Assembly: GCA_016235745.1 (NCBI GenBank)
Contig: JACRJA010000071.1
Coordinates: 21,913 to 85,912 of the forward strand
Direction of reading: 5' to 3'
Source of the DNA: Rhodocyclales bacterium
Lineage (GTDB): Bacteria; Pseudomonadota; Gammaproteobacteria; Burkholderiales; Rhodocyclaceae
Length of the DNA stretch: 64,000 bases
Shown here: one piece after another, positions 9,992 through 23,149 of the stretch
Layout of the letters: each line of letters opens with the position of its first letter
Position numbering within the stretch: the first letter of the stretch is position 1
Made by a program: the position numbers and the translations under genes
The notes under the pieces: model-generated
What the model saw: the letters and a program-made list of their open reading frames with translations, nothing else
What the model was told of the DNA's origin: nothing
Database searches by the model: none

Positions 9992-10032
9992 CGTGCGCGA
10001 ACGCTCCTTCCTTTTGCAGGAAGGCTTTCTCG

Positions 10033-10117
10033 TGGTGCCCAGAAGAGGACTCGAACCTCCACGCCTTGCGGCACTGGTACCTGAAACCAGCGCGTCTACC
10101 AATTCCGCCATCTGGGC
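10033..10117 (-). tRNA. tRNA-Leu (anticodon CAG), CCA encoded
   Basis: Hand-folded cloverleaf. Acceptor GCCCAGA/TCTGGGC, anticodon stem CTGGT/ACCAG with loop TTCAGGT, long variable arm, T-arm GGAGG-TTCGAGT-CCTCT, 3' ACCA. Confidence 0.9.
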
Positions 10118-10130
10118 GACGAGATGCGTT

Positions 10131-10158
10131 ATTATAAGCACGCGGCGCGCGTTGTCAA
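10131..10158 (-). promoter_or_regulatory. consensus sigma-70 promoter for tRNA-Leu (TTGACA-N16-TATAAT)
   Basis: The minus strand reads TTGACA (complement of 10153-10158), a 16-nt spacer, then TATAAT (complement of 10131-10136). It lies 13 nt upstream of the mature tRNA 5' end. Confidence 0.6.
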
Positions 10159-10218
10159 CGCCATGTCGACGTGAGCGGGTGCCGCATCATGAGTATATGC
10201 AAGGACTTCTGATTCTCG

Positions 10219-12600
10219 ATGACCAAAACTTCAAAGAACAAGCCGCGGACTCCTTCCGCTGATCCCGCTCTTCCCTCTTCCCGCCGGCGGCAAACGCCGG
10301 CTTTGCTGTCTGCTCCCGTGGCCGAAGCGCCGGTGTCGGTGCCTGCGGCCACCGCCGAATCCGCAGCCGCGCCGGTGATCGAGGTGAGCGAAGCCCGGCG
10401 GCGCGATCCTTTCTTCGCCCGCGAGGCGGCCAAGTACGGCCATCCCTTGCCCAGCCGGGAGTACATCCTGCAGGTGCTCGCCGAGGCTGGCCGCCCCATG
10501 CCCTGGAGCGAGCTCGTAGAGGCGCTCGACATCGCGCCTCACGAGCACGAGCTCTTCGAGCGGCGCCTGAAGGCGATGGAGCGCGATGGCCAGATCCTGC
10601 GCAACCGCCGCGGCGCCTATCTCCTGCCGGAGAAGGCCGATCTCATCCGCGGCCGCGTGCAGGGTCATCCCGACGGGTTCGGCTTCGTGATCCGCGACGA
10701 CGGCGGCGAGGACATTTTCCTCGGCCCCAAGGAGATGCGCCAGGTACTGCACGGTGACCGGGTAATCGTGCGCATCGCCGGTGCCGATCGCCGCGGCCGG
10801 CCCGAGGGCAAGATCGTGGAGGTGCTCGAGCGCGTCAACCAGAACGTGGTCGGGCGCGTGCTCGTCGAGCACGGCGTCACTTTGGTGGTGCCCGAGGACA
10901 AACGCATCGCCCAGGACATCCTCGTCGCCCCTGGCGGCAAGAAGGTCAAACCGGGGCAGGTGGTGGTGGTCGAGCTCGTCGAGCAGCCCACGAAGTACGC
11001 CCAGCCGATCGGGCGCATCGTCGAGGTGCTGGGCGACTATGACGATCCCGGCATGGAGATCGAGATTGCGCTGCGCAAGTTCGATCTGCCGTTCGAGTGG
11101 CCGCCCGAGGTGCGCGAGGAAGCGCGCCGCCTGCCCGAGGCGGTGCGGCGCAAGGACCTCGCCGGGCGGGTAGACCTGCGCGAATTGCCGCTCGTGACCA
11201 TCGACGGCGAGACGGCCAAGGATTTCGATGACGCCGTCTATTGCAAACCGCAGGGCAAAGGATTCCGGCTGATCGTGGCGATCGCCGACGTGTCGCATTA
11301 CGTCGCGCCCGGCTCGGCGCTCGATGCCGAGGCCTTCAATCGCGGCAACTCGGTCTATTTCCCGCGCCGGGTCATCCCCATGCTGCCGGAGAAGCTGAGC
11401 AACGGCCTGTGTTCGCTCGTGCCGCACGAAGACCGGCTGTGCATGGCCTGCGACATGATCGTGAGCGCTTCGGGCAAGGTGCAGCGCTACCGTTTTTACC
11501 CGGCGGTGATGAATTCCCACGCCCGCCTCACCTACACCGAGGTCGCCGCCGCCCTCTACGAGGGCAAGGAAGAGACGCGGGCGAAGCTCGCCGAGCTCCT
11601 GCCGCATCTGCAGCATCTCGATGCCGTCTTCCGCGCCCTGTTGAAGGCGCGGCGCCAGCGCGGGGCGATCGACTTCGAGACGCTGGAGACGCGCATCGAG
11701 TTCGACGAGAACGGCAAGATCGCGCGCATCGTGCCCGAGGCGCGCACCGACGCGCACCGCCTCATCGAAGAGTGCATGCTGGCGGCCAACGTCTGCGCTT
11801 CCGAATTTCTCGCCGAGCACGATCATCCGACACTCTACCGCGTGCATGAGCCGCCCAATCCGGAGAAAGTGGCGGCGCTGCGCGAGTTTCTCGCCGGCTT
11901 TGGCATCGAGCTGCCGGGCGGCGACGAGCCCACGCCGAAGGACTACGCCAAGGTGCTGGAGCAGATCCAGCAGCGGCCCGATGCGCCCCTGCTGCAGATG
12001 GTGATGCTGCGTTCGCTCAAGCAGGCGGTCTATACGCCGGAGAACCGCGGCCACTTCGGGCTCGCCTACGAGGCGTACGCGCACTTCACCTCCCCCATCC
12101 GCCGCTATCCCGACCTGCTGGTGCATCGCGGCATCAAGGCGGTGCTTGCTGGCGCGCGCTACGAGCCGGGCGACTGGAAGGCGATCGGCGAGCACTGCTC
12201 GATGACCGAGCGGCGCGCCGACGAGGCCACGCGCGAAGTCATCGGCTGGCTCAAGTGCTACTTCATGCAGGACAAGGTGGGCGAGGTCTACACCGGCGTG
12301 GTCACGTCGGTGGTGCCCTTCGGTCTGTTCGTCACGCTCGACGAGCTCTTCGTCGATGGCCTGGTGCACATCTCGGATCTGGGCGACGATTATTTCCTCT
12401 TCGACGAGCGTGTGCACGCCCTGGTGGGTGAGCGCACCGGCGTGCGCCATCGTTTGGCCGACCGCGTGAAGGTGCAGGTGATGCGGGTCGATCTGGCCAC
12501 GCGCAAGATCGACTTCCATCTGCTGGAAAACCTCAGCCCGGCTCCGACCCGGCGCGAGGGCAAGACCGAGCGCACGCGCCGCGCCAAGGGCAAGCGATGA
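10219..12600 (+). CDS. rnr: ribonuclease R
   Basis: 793-aa ORF with cold-shock-like, RNB and S1 regions and a basic C-terminal tail (…[15 protein letters not shown]). It is followed by rlmB, the conserved rnr-rlmB pair. Confidence 0.9.
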   Translation: MTKTSKNKPRTPSADPALPSSRRRQTPALLSAPVAEAPVSVPAATAESAAAPVIEVSEARRRDPFFAREAAKYGHPLPSREYILQVLAEAGRPMPWSELVEALDIAPHEHELFERRLKAMERDGQILRNRRGAYLLPEKADLIRGRVQGHPDGFGFVIRDDGGEDIFLGPKEMRQVLHGDRVIVRIAGADRRGRPEGKIVEVLERVNQNVVGRVLVEHGVTLVVPEDKRIAQDILVAPGGKKVKPGQVVVVELVEQPTKYAQPIGRIVEVLGDYDDPGMEIEIALRKFDLPFEWPPEVREEARRLPEAVRRKDLAGRVDLRELPLVTIDGETAKDFDDAVYCKPQGKGFRLIVAIADVSHYVAPGSALDAEAFNRGNSVYFPRRVIPMLPEKLSNGLCSLVPHEDRLCMACDMIVSASGKVQRYRFYPAVMNSHARLTYTEVAAALYEGKEETRAKLAELLPHLQHLDAVFRALLKARRQRGAIDFETLETRIEFDENGKIARIVPEARTDAHRLIEECMLAANVCASEFLAEHDHPTLYRVHEPPNPEKVAALREFLAGFGIELPGGDEPTPKDYAKVLEQIQQRPDAPLLQMVMLRSLKQAVYTPENRGHFGLAYEAYAHFTSPIRRYPDLLVHRGIKAVLAGARYEPGDWKAIGEHCSMTERRADEATREVIGWLKCYFMQDKVGEVYTGVVTSVVPFGLFVTLDELFVDGLVHISDLGDDYFLFDERVHALVGERTGVRHRLADRVKVQVMRVDLATRKIDFHLLENLSPAPTRREGKTERTRRAKGKR

Positions 12601-13367
12601 AGGAAGAAACCAGACAACGGCGCACCGTGCCGGGGTTTCATGCGGTCACGGCGCTGCTGCGCCATCGTCCCGAGGACGTCGCCGAGCTCTACGTCGATCG
12701 GCAGCGGCAGGATGCGCGCATGCGCTCGCTGCTCGAACGCGCGCAGTTGGCCGGCGTGCGCGTCGTGCCGGCGGACTCCACTCGGCTCGATGCGATCGCT
12801 GGCTCAGGGCGGCACCAAGGGGTGGTCGCCTTCGTCGCTGCGGCGACGCGGACGCATTCGCTCGAAGAAGTGCTCGATGCGCTCGATGCGAACCGGCCGG
12901 CGCTCTTCCTCATCCTCGACGGGGTGCAGGACCCGCACAACCTCGGGGCCTGCCTGCGCGTGGCCGACGGGGCCGGCGTGGATGCGGTGATCGTGCCCAA
13001 AGACCGCGCCGCGGGGCTCACCGCCGCCGCGCTCAAGGTTGCCAGCGGCGCTGCCGACACCGTGCCTTACGTGACGGTGACCAACCTCGCCCGGGCACTG
13101 CGCACGCTCAAGGAGGCGGGCGTGTGGGTGGTGGGCGCGGCGGGCGAAGCGCAGAAGTCGCTCTACGAGTGCGATCTTGGCGGGTCCGTGGCCTGGGTGC
13201 TCGGCGCCGAGGGGGAAGGTTTGCGGCGGCTCACGCGTGAGCTGTGCGACGAGCTCGTGCATATCCCCATGCTCGGGGCGGTCGAGAGCCTGAACGTGTC
13301 GGTGGCCGCCGGCGTGTGTCTCTACGAGACGGTACGCCGGCGTCTGACTCAAGCCGCGGGCGGCTGA
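12597..13367 (+). CDS. rlmB: 23S rRNA (guanosine-2'-O-)-methyltransferase RlmB (SpoU family)
   Basis: 256-aa SpoU/TrmH-type ORF ([47 protein letters not shown]). Its start overlaps the rnr stop (ATGA). Confidence 0.85.
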   Translation: MKEETRQRRTVPGFHAVTALLRHRPEDVAELYVDRQRQDARMRSLLERAQLAGVRVVPADSTRLDAIAGSGRHQGVVAFVAAATRTHSLEEVLDALDANRPALFLILDGVQDPHNLGACLRVADGAGVDAVIVPKDRAAGLTAAALKVASGAADTVPYVTVTNLARALRTLKEAGVWVVGAAGEAQKSLYECDLGGSVAWVLGAEGEGLRRLTRELCDELVHIPMLGAVESLNVSVAAGVCLYETVRRRLTQAAGG

Positions 13368-16300
13368 GGCGCACCCTGCGCGCCAGGGACGGTCGCCGCG
13401 GCCGGCCAGGCGATGTCGCGAATGTGCAGGTCGCGCTGCGGGAAGGGGATCTCGATGCCGTGCTCCTTGAAGCGGCGCTCGATTTCGCGGTTCAAGCGGC
13501 CAAGGATGCTCAGGCGTTGATCGACGTCGGCCACGATGGCACGCACCTCGAAATCCAGCGAACTTTCGCCGAAACGGGCGAAGACCACACTGGGCGCCGG
13601 ATCGGAGAGCACCCCCGGCGTGGCCTTGACGGCTTCGAGCAAGATCGCTTCGACCTGCTCTGGATCGGTGCCATAGGCCACGCCGATGGTGACGAAGATG
13701 CGCGACAGCGAGTTGCTCAGCGTCCAGTTCGTCACCTGCTCGGTGATGAGCTTCTTGTTCGGGACGAGGATCTCGCGCCGGTCGAAATCCTCGATCACCG
13801 TGGCGCGGATGGTGAGGCGGCGTACGGTGCCGGAATCGCTGCCGATCGTGACCAGGTCGCCCACGCGCACGGGCCGCTCGAACAGGATGATGAGGCCTGA
13901 GACGAAGTTGGCCACGATCTCCTGCAAGCCGAAACCCAGCCCCACGCTCAGGGCGGCCACCAGCCACTGCAGCTTCGACCAGGGCATCCCCAACTGCCCG
14001 AGGATGATGATCAGGCCGAGGGTGAAAATGGTGTAGCGCAGCAGCGTCACCAGGGCGTACTTGCTGCCTGCATCCAGCCGCGAGGTTCGCTGCAGCGCCA
14101 ATTCGAGCAGGCCGGGAAGGTTGCGCGCCGCCATCCACATCACCACCAAACCGATCATGGCGAGAAGGAGATCGGCGAAGGTGACTTGCAGCGTCACCGT
14201 TTCATTGCCCAGCGTCTCGGTGTAGCGCCACAAGACCCATTCGTCGAGGATGCGCGCAGCGGGTAGCAGCGACGACCACAGCTCGAAGAGCACGAAGGCA
14301 AGCCCGAGGACGAGGGCGAGATTGAGCAGGGTCAGCGTCTGGTGGGCGGAAGCATCGATGGGTGCCCCTTCGCCCGTGTCCCCTTCTTGGGGCTGGACGC
14401 GCTGCCGCTCGAAACGGTACATGAAGAAATCGCGTACGGCGTGCTGCAGCAAGGCAAAAGCGAGCAAGACCCACAAGGTAGACATGAACCGGCCGACCAG
14501 GGCCACGGCGGCGTAGAAATAACCGGCGCCGGCGAGCAGCGCGCTCACCAGGGGCAGGCCAGGGCCGCCGATGGCTGCCGTCAGGCGCAGCCAGGTCGGC
14601 TGCTGGGCGAGGGCGAGCAGCCCCCGCTGTGGGCGGAAGATGCGCCAGAGGAAGAATGAGAGCAGCAGCATGGAGACGACGAAAGGCGTACGTCCCAGCT
14701 CGGTAAACGGCGCATCGATCTGGACCTCGTTGAGATAGACGGCGAGGAAGCCCAAGGGCAGTACGCCCCAGGCAAAACCGCGTAGCGTGCGTTCCAGGCG
14801 CTTGAGGATGGAGGGCGGCCAATGGAAGCGGGTGGCGGCAAGCCCTGTGCCGGGGGCGAAGACGCGCTGCCAGAAGGCGACGTTCCAGCCGAAAGGCGCG
14901 ATGCGCACCAGGGCGGTGCCGATGGCGCGGAAATTGTCGGCGAGTGCCTCTCCGGAGGAAAGGATCATCGTGCCGCAGCCGTAGGCGATGAGCGGCAAGG
15001 GGAGCGCCTGGATGGCTTCCAGAAAAAGCAGCAGCAAGGTGTCGAGCAGCCCGGCGTGGCGCGGGTCTTGCTCACCGGCGGCGAGATGCTGGCCGATGAG
15101 CCGGGTCAGCCGTGCGCGCGCAAGAAGCAGGAAGAAGCCCAGAAGGACTGCCAGCCACGCCTGCGGCGGGGACTGGGTGACCGCGAGGCGCCACGAGGTG
15201 AAATCGGCGAAGCCCTGGAAGAGGGTGAGCGAGCCCGTGCCGACGGCGATGAGCTCGGGTAGGGGGTCGCGCGACAGGGTGCGGGTGGAGGCCACCCACA
15301 TGAGATGTTGCTCGGTGAACGCAGCAAATTCTTCGACCACATCCAGATCGCGCAGAAGGACTGCTTCGAGGTCGCTGAGGGCTGCAAGCAGCGCCGGGCG
15401 CAGGGCGTCGATCGTCTCCAGCGTGAGGGAGCGGGCGGTTAGGGCCTCGATCAGGGCATTTTCCAGCTTGCCGTCGGCATCCGCGGCGCCGGGCTGTCCC
15501 AGGATCTGGCGCACCCGCTCGCGGGGATCGGCGATCAGGCGTTTGGCCTGGCGCAGCTCGAGTTCGAGCAGCTGGACTTCTTCGAGCATGCCACGAACCT
15601 GGTTGAGTTCCTGGCGTAGTGCAGAAGGAGAGGGTAGGCGAGCGCGGTATTCGAGGAGGAGGTTGCCTACGGCCGGACTCAGGCCCTGCTGGGCGATGCG
15701 TTTTTTCAAGGATTCGAGCGCTTCCCACCGCTCCTGCGTTTCCCGCTGCAGCTGCGACTGGCGTTCGCGCACGCTTTGAAAGCGCTGGCGCAGGCTTTGC
15801 AGCCGTGCTTCCCATTCGCGGTTGGTCGCCTCTACGCGTGCAAGCCTCGGATCGAGCGCCTCGGCATTGGCCTGGCCGGTTTCCTGGGCGACTTCGGCCG
15901 TCGTGCTCTTTTCTACCGCTTCGCGCAGCTGGCGCAGGCGGGCGAGCTCGACCTCGAGCCGTTCGATACGGCGCGACAGCAACACCCGGGTGTTGGCGGC
16001 AAGGCGGCTCTCGAGCAAGGCGGCACGGCGTTCGGTCTCCTGGGCCTGGCTCGTGACCAAGGTGGCGAGCGTGACGGCCTGTTGCACCAAGGGGTCGTTG
16101 CTGGGTAAGTTTGGCTGTGACGCAGACGCCGGGGCGGCGATGGCCGGGTCGCCGCGTTCCTTGGGTTGTTCAAGATCGGCGAGCTGGGCGCGCAAGGCTT
16201 CCTGTGTCTGACGCCGGGTCCGTTCTTCTTCGAGGATGTGGCGCAGGCGCTCGGCGCGCTCGCTCGGCGGCAGGCTGTCGCTGACCCGCAGGTCAGCAAA

Positions 16301-16606
16301 CTCGCTGGGGCGGCTGGCGGCGAGCTGCTGCAGTTCGCGCTGCGTCTGTTCGATGAGTTGTGCGGCGAGTGAGGCCCGGATCTCTGCTTGCTGTTTGCGG
16401 TTCTGGGCTTCCTGGATGCGGTCGAGCAGCTGCTTGAGTGCGGCGGAGGTGTCGGCCGGCAGGGTGTTGCGCTGCAGTGCGTCCTGAATCAAGGCAAGGC
16501 CCGATTGGATCGGGTCGTCGGGGGTCTCGGCAGCAAGGGCGGGAACGAGCACGACGACGAGGCAGAGGATCAAGAGGCCGTGCAGCCAGCGGACGAAATG
16601 CATCAA
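13349..16606 (-). CDS. MscK/KefA-like mechanosensitive channel (MscS family with long periplasmic coiled-coil N-terminus)
   Basis: 1085-aa ORF with a signal peptide, a long Q/E/R/L-rich region, multiple TM helices and a C-terminal MscS domain (…[37 protein letters not shown]…). Confidence 0.8.
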   Translation of the reverse strand: MMHFVRWLHGLLILCLVVVLVPALAAETPDDPIQSGLALIQDALQRNTLPADTSAALKQLLDRIQEAQNRKQQAEIRASLAAQLIEQTQRELQQLAASRPSEFADLRVSDSLPPSERAERLRHILEEERTRRQTQEALRAQLADLEQPKERGDPAIAAPASASQPNLPSNDPLVQQAVTLATLVTSQAQETERRAALLESRLAANTRVLLSRRIERLEVELARLRQLREAVEKSTTAEVAQETGQANAEALDPRLARVEATNREWEARLQSLRQRFQSVRERQSQLQRETQERWEALESLKKRIAQQGLSPAVGNLLLEYRARLPSPSALRQELNQVRGMLEEVQLLELELRQAKRLIADPRERVRQILGQPGAADADGKLENALIEALTARSLTLETIDALRPALLAALSDLEAVLLRDLDVVEEFAAFTEQHLMWVASTRTLSRDPLPELIAVGTGSLTLFQGFADFTSWRLAVTQSPPQAWLAVLLGFFLLLARARLTRLIGQHLAAGEQDPRHAGLLDTLLLLFLEAIQALPLPLIAYGCGTMILSSGEALADNFRAIGTALVRIAPFGWNVAFWQRVFAPGTGLAATRFHWPPSILKRLERTLRGFAWGVLPLGFLAVYLNEVQIDAPFTELGRTPFVVSMLLLSFFLWRIFRPQRGLLALAQQPTWLRLTAAIGGPGLPLVSALLAGAGYFYAAVALVGRFMSTLWVLLAFALLQHAVRDFFMYRFERQRVQPQEGDTGEGAPIDASAHQTLTLLNLALVLGLAFVLFELWSSLLPAARILDEWVLWRYTETLGNETVTLQVTFADLLLAMIGLVVMWMAARNLPGLLELALQRTSRLDAGSKYALVTLLRYTIFTLGLIIILGQLGMPWSKLQWLVAALSVGLGFGLQEIVANFVSGLIILFERPVRVGDLVTIGSDSGTVRRLTIRATVIEDFDRREILVPNKKLITEQVTNWTLSNSLSRIFVTIGVAYGTDPEQVEAILLEAVKATPGVLSDPAPSVVFARFGESSLDFEVRAIVADVDQRLSILGRLNREIERRFKEHGIEIPFPQRDLHIRDIAWPAAATVPGAQGAPQPPAA

Positions 16607-16644
16607 CCTTCCTTGGGACGAGGACGAGAGGTGAGCGGGAAGAG

Positions 16645-16717
16645 TGCCGGCAGTCCGATTCGAACGGACGACCTTCCGCTTACAAGGCGGGTGCTCTACC
16701 AGCTGAGCTATGCCGGC
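16645..16717 (-). tRNA. tRNA-Thr (anticodon UGU), CCA not encoded
   Basis: Hand-folded cloverleaf. Acceptor GCCGGCA/TGCCGGC, D-arm GCTC-AGCTGGTA-GAGC, anticodon loop CTTGTAA, T-arm GTCCG-TTCGAAT-CGGAC, discriminator A. Confidence 0.9.
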
Positions 16718-16792
16718 GCCGAAGCGTCCGCCCTGGAATGGCTTCAGGGCGGACGGAAGAGATTATACCGTTCCCGTTCCGCGAGAAAAATT

Positions 16793-18322
16793 TCAGGCGG
16801 TGACGGGGATCTTGCCGATCTTGATGCGCCACTCGCGCGGGCCGCGCTCGTGCACGTTGTTGCCTTGGCTATCGACGGCCACCGTCACCGGCATGTCGCG
16901 CACCTCGAACTCGTAGATCGCTTCCATGCCCAGATCTTCGAAGGCGAGCACGCGCGCTGCCTTGATCGCCTTGGCCACGAGATAGGCGGCTCCGCCCACG
17001 GCCATGAGGTAGGCGGCACGGTTGTCGCGGATCGCCGCCACCGCTTCGGGGCCGCGCTCGGCCTTGCCGACCATGGCGATGAGCCCGGTTTTTTCCAGCA
17101 TGAGGCGGGTGAACTTGTCCATGCGCGTGGCGGTGGTGGGGCCAGCGGGGCCAACGACTTCGTCGCGCACCGGATCGACCGGGCCGACGTAGTAGATCAC
17201 CCGGTTGGTGAAATCGACGGGAAGCGGTTCGCCGCGGGCGATCATGTCGGCGATGCGCTTGTGCGCGGCGTCGCGTCCGGTAAGGAGCTTGCCGTTCAGA
17301 AGCAGGATGTCGCCGGCTTTCCACGAGGCGACTTCTTCGCGCGTGAGGGTGTCGAGGTTCACGCGCTTGGCTTTCTGGGTGTCGGGCGTCCAGGTGATCT
17401 GCGGCCAGTCTTCGAGGCGCGGTGGTTCGAGCCGGGCCGGGCCGCTGCCGTCGAGGGTGAAGTGCACGTGACGGGTGGCGGCGCAGTTGGGAATCATGGC
17501 CACCGGCAGGCTCGCGGCGTGGGTGGGGTAGTCGAGCACTTTCACGTCGAGCACGGTGGTCAGCCCCCCTAGACCTTGGGCGCCGATGCCGAGCGCGTTG
17601 ACCTTGTCGTAGAGTTCGAGCCGCAGCCGCTCGGCGGTAGTGAGCTCCTCGCCGCGCTCGGCGCGAGCCTGAAGTTCATGGAGGTCGACGGGAGCCATGA
17701 GGGATTTCTTGGCGAGCAGCATGGCTTTTTCCGGCGTGCCGCCGATGCCGACGCCGAGGATGCCGGGCGGACACCAGCCCGCGCCCATGGTGGGCACGGT
17801 CTTGAGCACCCAGTCGACGAGGGAATCCGACGGGTTGAGCATGGCCATCTTGGCCTTGTTTTCCGAGCCGCCGCCCTTGGCCGCGCAGATCACTTCTACC
17901 TTGTCGCCGGGTACGAGCTCGACGTGGACCACGGCCGGGGTGTTGTCGCGCGTGTTCTGCCGCTTGCCGGCCGGGTCGCGCAGCACCGAGGCGCGCAGGG
18001 GGTTGTCCGGGTTGGTGTAGGCGCGGCGCACGCCTTCGTCGATGAGCTCCTGCAGGCTGCGGCGCGTGTCGAAGCGCACGTCCTGGCCGATTTCGAGAAA
18101 GACCGTGGCGATGCCCGTATCTTGGCAGATCGGACGGTGACCCTCGGCGGCCATGCGGGAGTTGGTGAGGATCTGGGCGATGGCGTCTTTCGCCGCGGGG
18201 CTTTGCTCGCGCTCGTAGGCCTCGGCGAGCGCCTGGATGTAATCGAGCGGGTGGTAGTAGCTGATGTACTGGAAGGCGTCGGCGATCGATTCGATCAGGT
18301 CTTCTTCACGGATGGTGGTCAT
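16793..18322 (-). CDS. fumA: class I (Fe-S dependent) fumarate hydratase
   Basis: 509-aa ORF with the length and sequence character of fused alpha/beta class I fumarase (…CQDTGIATVFLEIG…, …GPTTATRMD…). Confidence 0.9.
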   Translation of the reverse strand: MTTIREEDLIESIADAFQYISYYHPLDYIQALAEAYEREQSPAAKDAIAQILTNSRMAAEGHRPICQDTGIATVFLEIGQDVRFDTRRSLQELIDEGVRRAYTNPDNPLRASVLRDPAGKRQNTRDNTPAVVHVELVPGDKVEVICAAKGGGSENKAKMAMLNPSDSLVDWVLKTVPTMGAGWCPPGILGVGIGGTPEKAMLLAKKSLMAPVDLHELQARAERGEELTTAERLRLELYDKVNALGIGAQGLGGLTTVLDVKVLDYPTHAASLPVAMIPNCAATRHVHFTLDGSGPARLEPPRLEDWPQITWTPDTQKAKRVNLDTLTREEVASWKAGDILLLNGKLLTGRDAAHKRIADMIARGEPLPVDFTNRVIYYVGPVDPVRDEVVGPAGPTTATRMDKFTRLMLEKTGLIAMVGKAERGPEAVAAIRDNRAAYLMAVGGAAYLVAKAIKAARVLAFEDLGMEAIYEFEVRDMPVTVAVDSQGNNVHERGPREWRIKIGKIPVTA

Positions 18323-18502
18323 CGCAGGATTCCTCGCAGAGGGCGCTATTCTAACCTAACAGAGGGCATCGCCGGCCAGCAGGGTGCAAGACCGGCGCCG
18401 CAGTAAGTCTGATGTAAGATATAAGCGTTTCAATTCAAAATGTCAGAGGTCGGCGGCTGCGCCGCCCGTTCGGACGCAATCACGCAGAGGGAGGAAAGAC
18501 CC

Positions 18503-20455
<1,953 letters not shown>

Positions 20456-20514
20456 GAGGAGAAGAAGGACGGGCGGCCTCGAGACCGCCCGCCTCATGGG
20501 AGGAGACGAATTAC

Positions 20515-20540
20515 AGCGCCCAAAGAGGCGCTTTTTCTTT
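20515..20540 (+). terminator. candidate rho-independent terminator after acs
   Basis: AGCGCC-caaaga-GGCGCT stem-loop followed by TTTTTCTTT. Confidence 0.55.
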
Positions 20541-20544
20541 GGGG

Positions 20545-20575
20545 AAAAGAAAAAGGCCGTCCGGTTGGGACGGCC
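20545..20575 (-). terminator. candidate rho-independent terminator after rpmG
   Basis: On the minus strand a GGCCGTCC-caac-GGACGGCC stem-loop is followed by TTTTTCTTTT. It lies about 25 nt after the rpmG stop. Confidence 0.55.
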
Positions 20576-20599
20576 TGTGCCGATTCCTTGCGCGGCGGC

Positions 20600-20767
20600 T
20601 TACTTGAGCTTGGTTTCCTTGTAGAGCACGTGCTTGCGCGCCTTGGGGTCGTATTTCATCAGCTCGAGTTTTTCCGGGGTGGTGCGCTTGTTCTTCGAGG
20701 TGGTGTAGAAATGCCCGGTTCCAGCGGTGGACTCGAGCTTGATCTTCTCGCGGGCGGCCTTGGCCAT
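20600..20767 (-). CDS. rpmG: 50S ribosomal protein L33
   Basis: Not in the ORF track because it is under 60 aa. My translation is [55 protein letters not shown]. It is directly downstream of rpmB. Confidence 0.9.
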   Translation of the reverse strand: MAKAAREKIKLESTAGTGHFYTTSKNKRTTPEKLELMKYDPKARKHVLYKETKLK

Positions 20768-20787
20768 GATGCACTCCTATGCGGAAT

Positions 20788-21024
20788 TCAGATTTTCTCG
20801 CCGCGGGCGCGCAGTTCGGCGAGCACGGCGTCGATGCCTTTCTTGTCGATCGTGCGCAGCGCCGCGTTGGAGACGCGCAGCTTCACCCAGCGCTCTTCGG
20901 CCTCGCTCCAGAAACGGCGATAGTGCAGGTTGGGAAGGAAGCGGCGTTTGGTTTTGTTGTTGGCGTGCGAGACGTTGTTTCCCGTCATCGGACGCTTGCC
21001 GGTCACTTGACAGACGCGGGCCAT
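20788..21024 (-). CDS. rpmB: 50S ribosomal protein L28
   Basis: 78-aa [36 protein letters not shown]…, unmistakably L28. Confidence 0.95.
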   Translation of the reverse strand: MARVCQVTGKRPMTGNNVSHANNKTKRRFLPNLHYRRFWSEAEERWVKLRVSNAALRTIDKKGIDAVLAELRARGEKI

Positions 21025-21124
21025 GAGGGCTCTCCTGGGAATTCTTCAAAGTACGAAACGATAGCATGAAAACGCCGCGGCGGCAAGGGATTGATGCCGC
21101 GTGTGCAGAGGCCACGCGACAGCC

Positions 21125-21520
21125 TCAGCCGCGGCGGGCGAAGGTCCACAGGCGGTTCGCACCATAATGCCAGAAGAAGAGGATCCCCGTGACGAGGATC
21201 TGGGCGAGCAGGTAGGGTAGCTGCAGCCAGTCGAGCGCGAGCGCCATGCCGGCGACGTTGCCGGCAAACCCGGCGGCGGCCACGGCGAGGAACTTGGGCA
21301 AGGCGATGGCGTGGCGCGCGTCGCTGGCAAAGACCCAGCGGCGCGAGCCGAGGTAGTTCGTCACTGCCCCGGCAAGAAAACCCAGCGCCGAGGAGGGGAG
21401 CGGCCCGAGCGTGTCCGTTTCGACCAAGACCACCAGCACGGCATAGTGCACGAGAGTGCCCGAGACGCTCACCAAGGCGAAGCGCGACATGCGCGCGAGT
21501 TCGGCCAGCGGACGCTTCAT
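21125..21520 (-). CDS. GtrA family membrane protein (polyprenol-phosphate-sugar translocation accessory)
   Basis: 131-aa four-TM ORF with a GtrA-like pattern (…FALVSVSGTLVHYAVL…NYLGSRRWVF…FFWHYGANRLWTF). It overlaps the upstream glycosyltransferase stop. Confidence 0.75.
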   Translation of the reverse strand: MKRPLAELARMSRFALVSVSGTLVHYAVLVVLVETDTLGPLPSSALGFLAGAVTNYLGSRRWVFASDARHAIALPKFLAVAAAGFAGNVAGMALALDWLQLPYLLAQILVTGILFFWHYGANRLWTFARRG

Positions 21521-23112
21521 GGCTCGGTAGCCTGGTGGTCGATGATCTTGAGGACGGCAAGTGGCGTACCGAGCCGCTCGATGCGTGCGATCTCCTTGCC
21601 GGGCACCGCCTGGTCGCAGTCATCGTGGGTGGTAGCGAGCAGCAGTTCGGCCTCGTCCCAGGCTTCGGTAAGGTATACCTTCGACGGCAGCCAGGGTTCG
21701 ATCTGGAAACCTTCGGCGCAGTAGGCGAGCGCCCATTCCTTGTCGGCGGGTTGCTTGGCGACCCAGTCGGCGAGCGCCGGCAGCAGCGCCCGGGTGGCAT
21801 CGCTCCAGTAGTCCAGTTCCCAATGATGCTTGGCGCCGGCAAGCCCCCGGGCGAGGCGGTTGTAGTAGAGATGCTGGTAGGGATGCAGGCGCGCCAGGGT
21901 GATGAAGTCATCGGCGGCCGAGAGCGCGAGAAGGATGGCAAGGAGCAGCGCTCCGTGGCGGCGACGCAACGAGACTTCGCTCAGGGGGTGGTGGAGTGCC
22001 GCGAGCGTTTGCTGCCAGCCCCAGCAGGCGAGCAGCACGAACCACGGTACGAGGAAGAGGAAGTGGCGCAGGCCGTTGTAGAGGGGGGGCTTGCCGATCA
22101 CGACGTAGGCGAGCACGAAGGCAAGCGCGAAAAGCAGCGGCCACAGGCGGGGGGATTCCTCGATGCGCCGCCAGTGGGCAAGCGCGAGCACGGTGCCGAG
22201 AAGGATGAACTCGGGCAGGCGCACGAGGAGGTATTTCGGAAGATAGAAGCGGGAGACGTCGGCGGTTTCCACCCGTTCTCCGTCCTCCCAGGTGTAGAGG
22301 TCGAAGGCGAAGTGCGAGAACTTGGTGAGCGCCTGCCAGACGTGGTCCCAGCCCATGACTGACCACGGCCAGAAGAAGGCCATGAGGGCGAGCGCGAGGG
22401 CGATGCCCGGTGCGAGGCGCATGAGAAGGCCGGCCAAGAGCCGTGGCCAGGGGGGCAGGATCCGGCGGCGGGGCCACCAGCAGAGGAGGATGGCTGCGCC
22501 GAGGAAACCGAAAGCGAGCACTCCGCCTACACGCAGCCCTAGCGCCGCCCCGGTGGCGAGCCCCCACAGCAGGATGTGCCGCCAACGCGGCGAGGGAAGC
22601 CCGTCGGCGATGCGGCTCGTGTAGTAGAGCGACCACAGCATGGTCGCGGCAAAGGGGACGTCTTTGGTGTGGGTGAAGATGGCACCGGAGAAGACGCCGC
22701 TGCCCATCGTGGCGGCGAGCGCCGCCGTGCCGAGCCAGGCGCCGCCGAGGAGACGCCCGAAGCGCGCTGCGCCCAAGAAAGCCAGGGCGCCGAAAGCGGC
22801 GGTGAGCAGGTGGCGCAGCGGCCACCAGTCGCTGCCGATGGCCATGGTGATCCAGGCCGCCGGCAGGTCGAAGAGGCCGCCGTAGAGATAGAGGTTGCTG
22901 AAGTCGAGAAAGGTCTTGTCGGCGAGCCCGCTCGTGTAATAAGCCACGATGAGTTGGCCGTAGATGTGCTGTACCCACTCGTCGTTGCTCGGGGCGTGGC
23001 GGTCGTAGCCGTCGAACATGTACCCGGCGAAAACGAGCCACAGCAGCCCGGCGAGGTTGCGCGGGGTGAGCAGGCGCTGGAAGAGGAGGCGCATCGGCAA
23101 GGAACTCGGCAC
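21517..23112 (-). CDS. ArnT/PMT-like (GT39/GT83-type) polytopic membrane glycosyltransferase
   Basis: 531-aa ORF with about 10 or more TM helices in the N-terminal two thirds and a soluble C-terminal domain. It lies between a GT2 polyprenol-phosphate glycosyltransferase and GtrA. Confidence 0.7.
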   Translation of the reverse strand: MPSSLPMRLLFQRLLTPRNLAGLLWLVFAGYMFDGYDRHAPSNDEWVQHIYGQLIVAYYTSGLADKTFLDFSNLYLYGGLFDLPAAWITMAIGSDWWPLRHLLTAAFGALAFLGAARFGRLLGGAWLGTAALAATMGSGVFSGAIFTHTKDVPFAATMLWSLYYTSRIADGLPSPRWRHILLWGLATGAALGLRVGGVLAFGFLGAAILLCWWPRRRILPPWPRLLAGLLMRLAPGIALALALMAFFWPWSVMGWDHVWQALTKFSHFAFDLYTWEDGERVETADVSRFYLPKYLLVRLPEFILLGTVLALAHWRRIEESPRLWPLLFALAFVLAYVVIGKPPLYNGLRHFLFLVPWFVLLACWGWQQTLAALHHPLSEVSLRRRHGALLLAILLALSAADDFITLARLHPYQHLYYNRLARGLAGAKHHWELDYWSDATRALLPALADWVAKQPADKEWALAYCAEGFQIEPWLPSKVYLTEAWDEAELLLATTHDDCDQAVPGKEIARIERLGTPLAVLKIIDHQATEP

Positions 23113-23149
23113 GGAATCGGCGATTCGGAAAGGCGCGCGGACGAAAGGT

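Noticed and set aside
13349-13367. 19-nt convergent overlap of the rlmB and mscK-like 3' ends.
   Set aside because: Short tail-to-tail overlaps are common in compact genomes. No structure or extra signal is evident, so it is not considered noteworthy.
9942-16800. tRNA-Leu and tRNA-Thr as possible genomic-island integration sites.
   Set aside because: No integrase gene and no direct repeat of the tRNA 3' end are present. The flanks show no compositional break, and the neighbouring genes (rnr-rlmB, mscK-like, fumA) are housekeeping.
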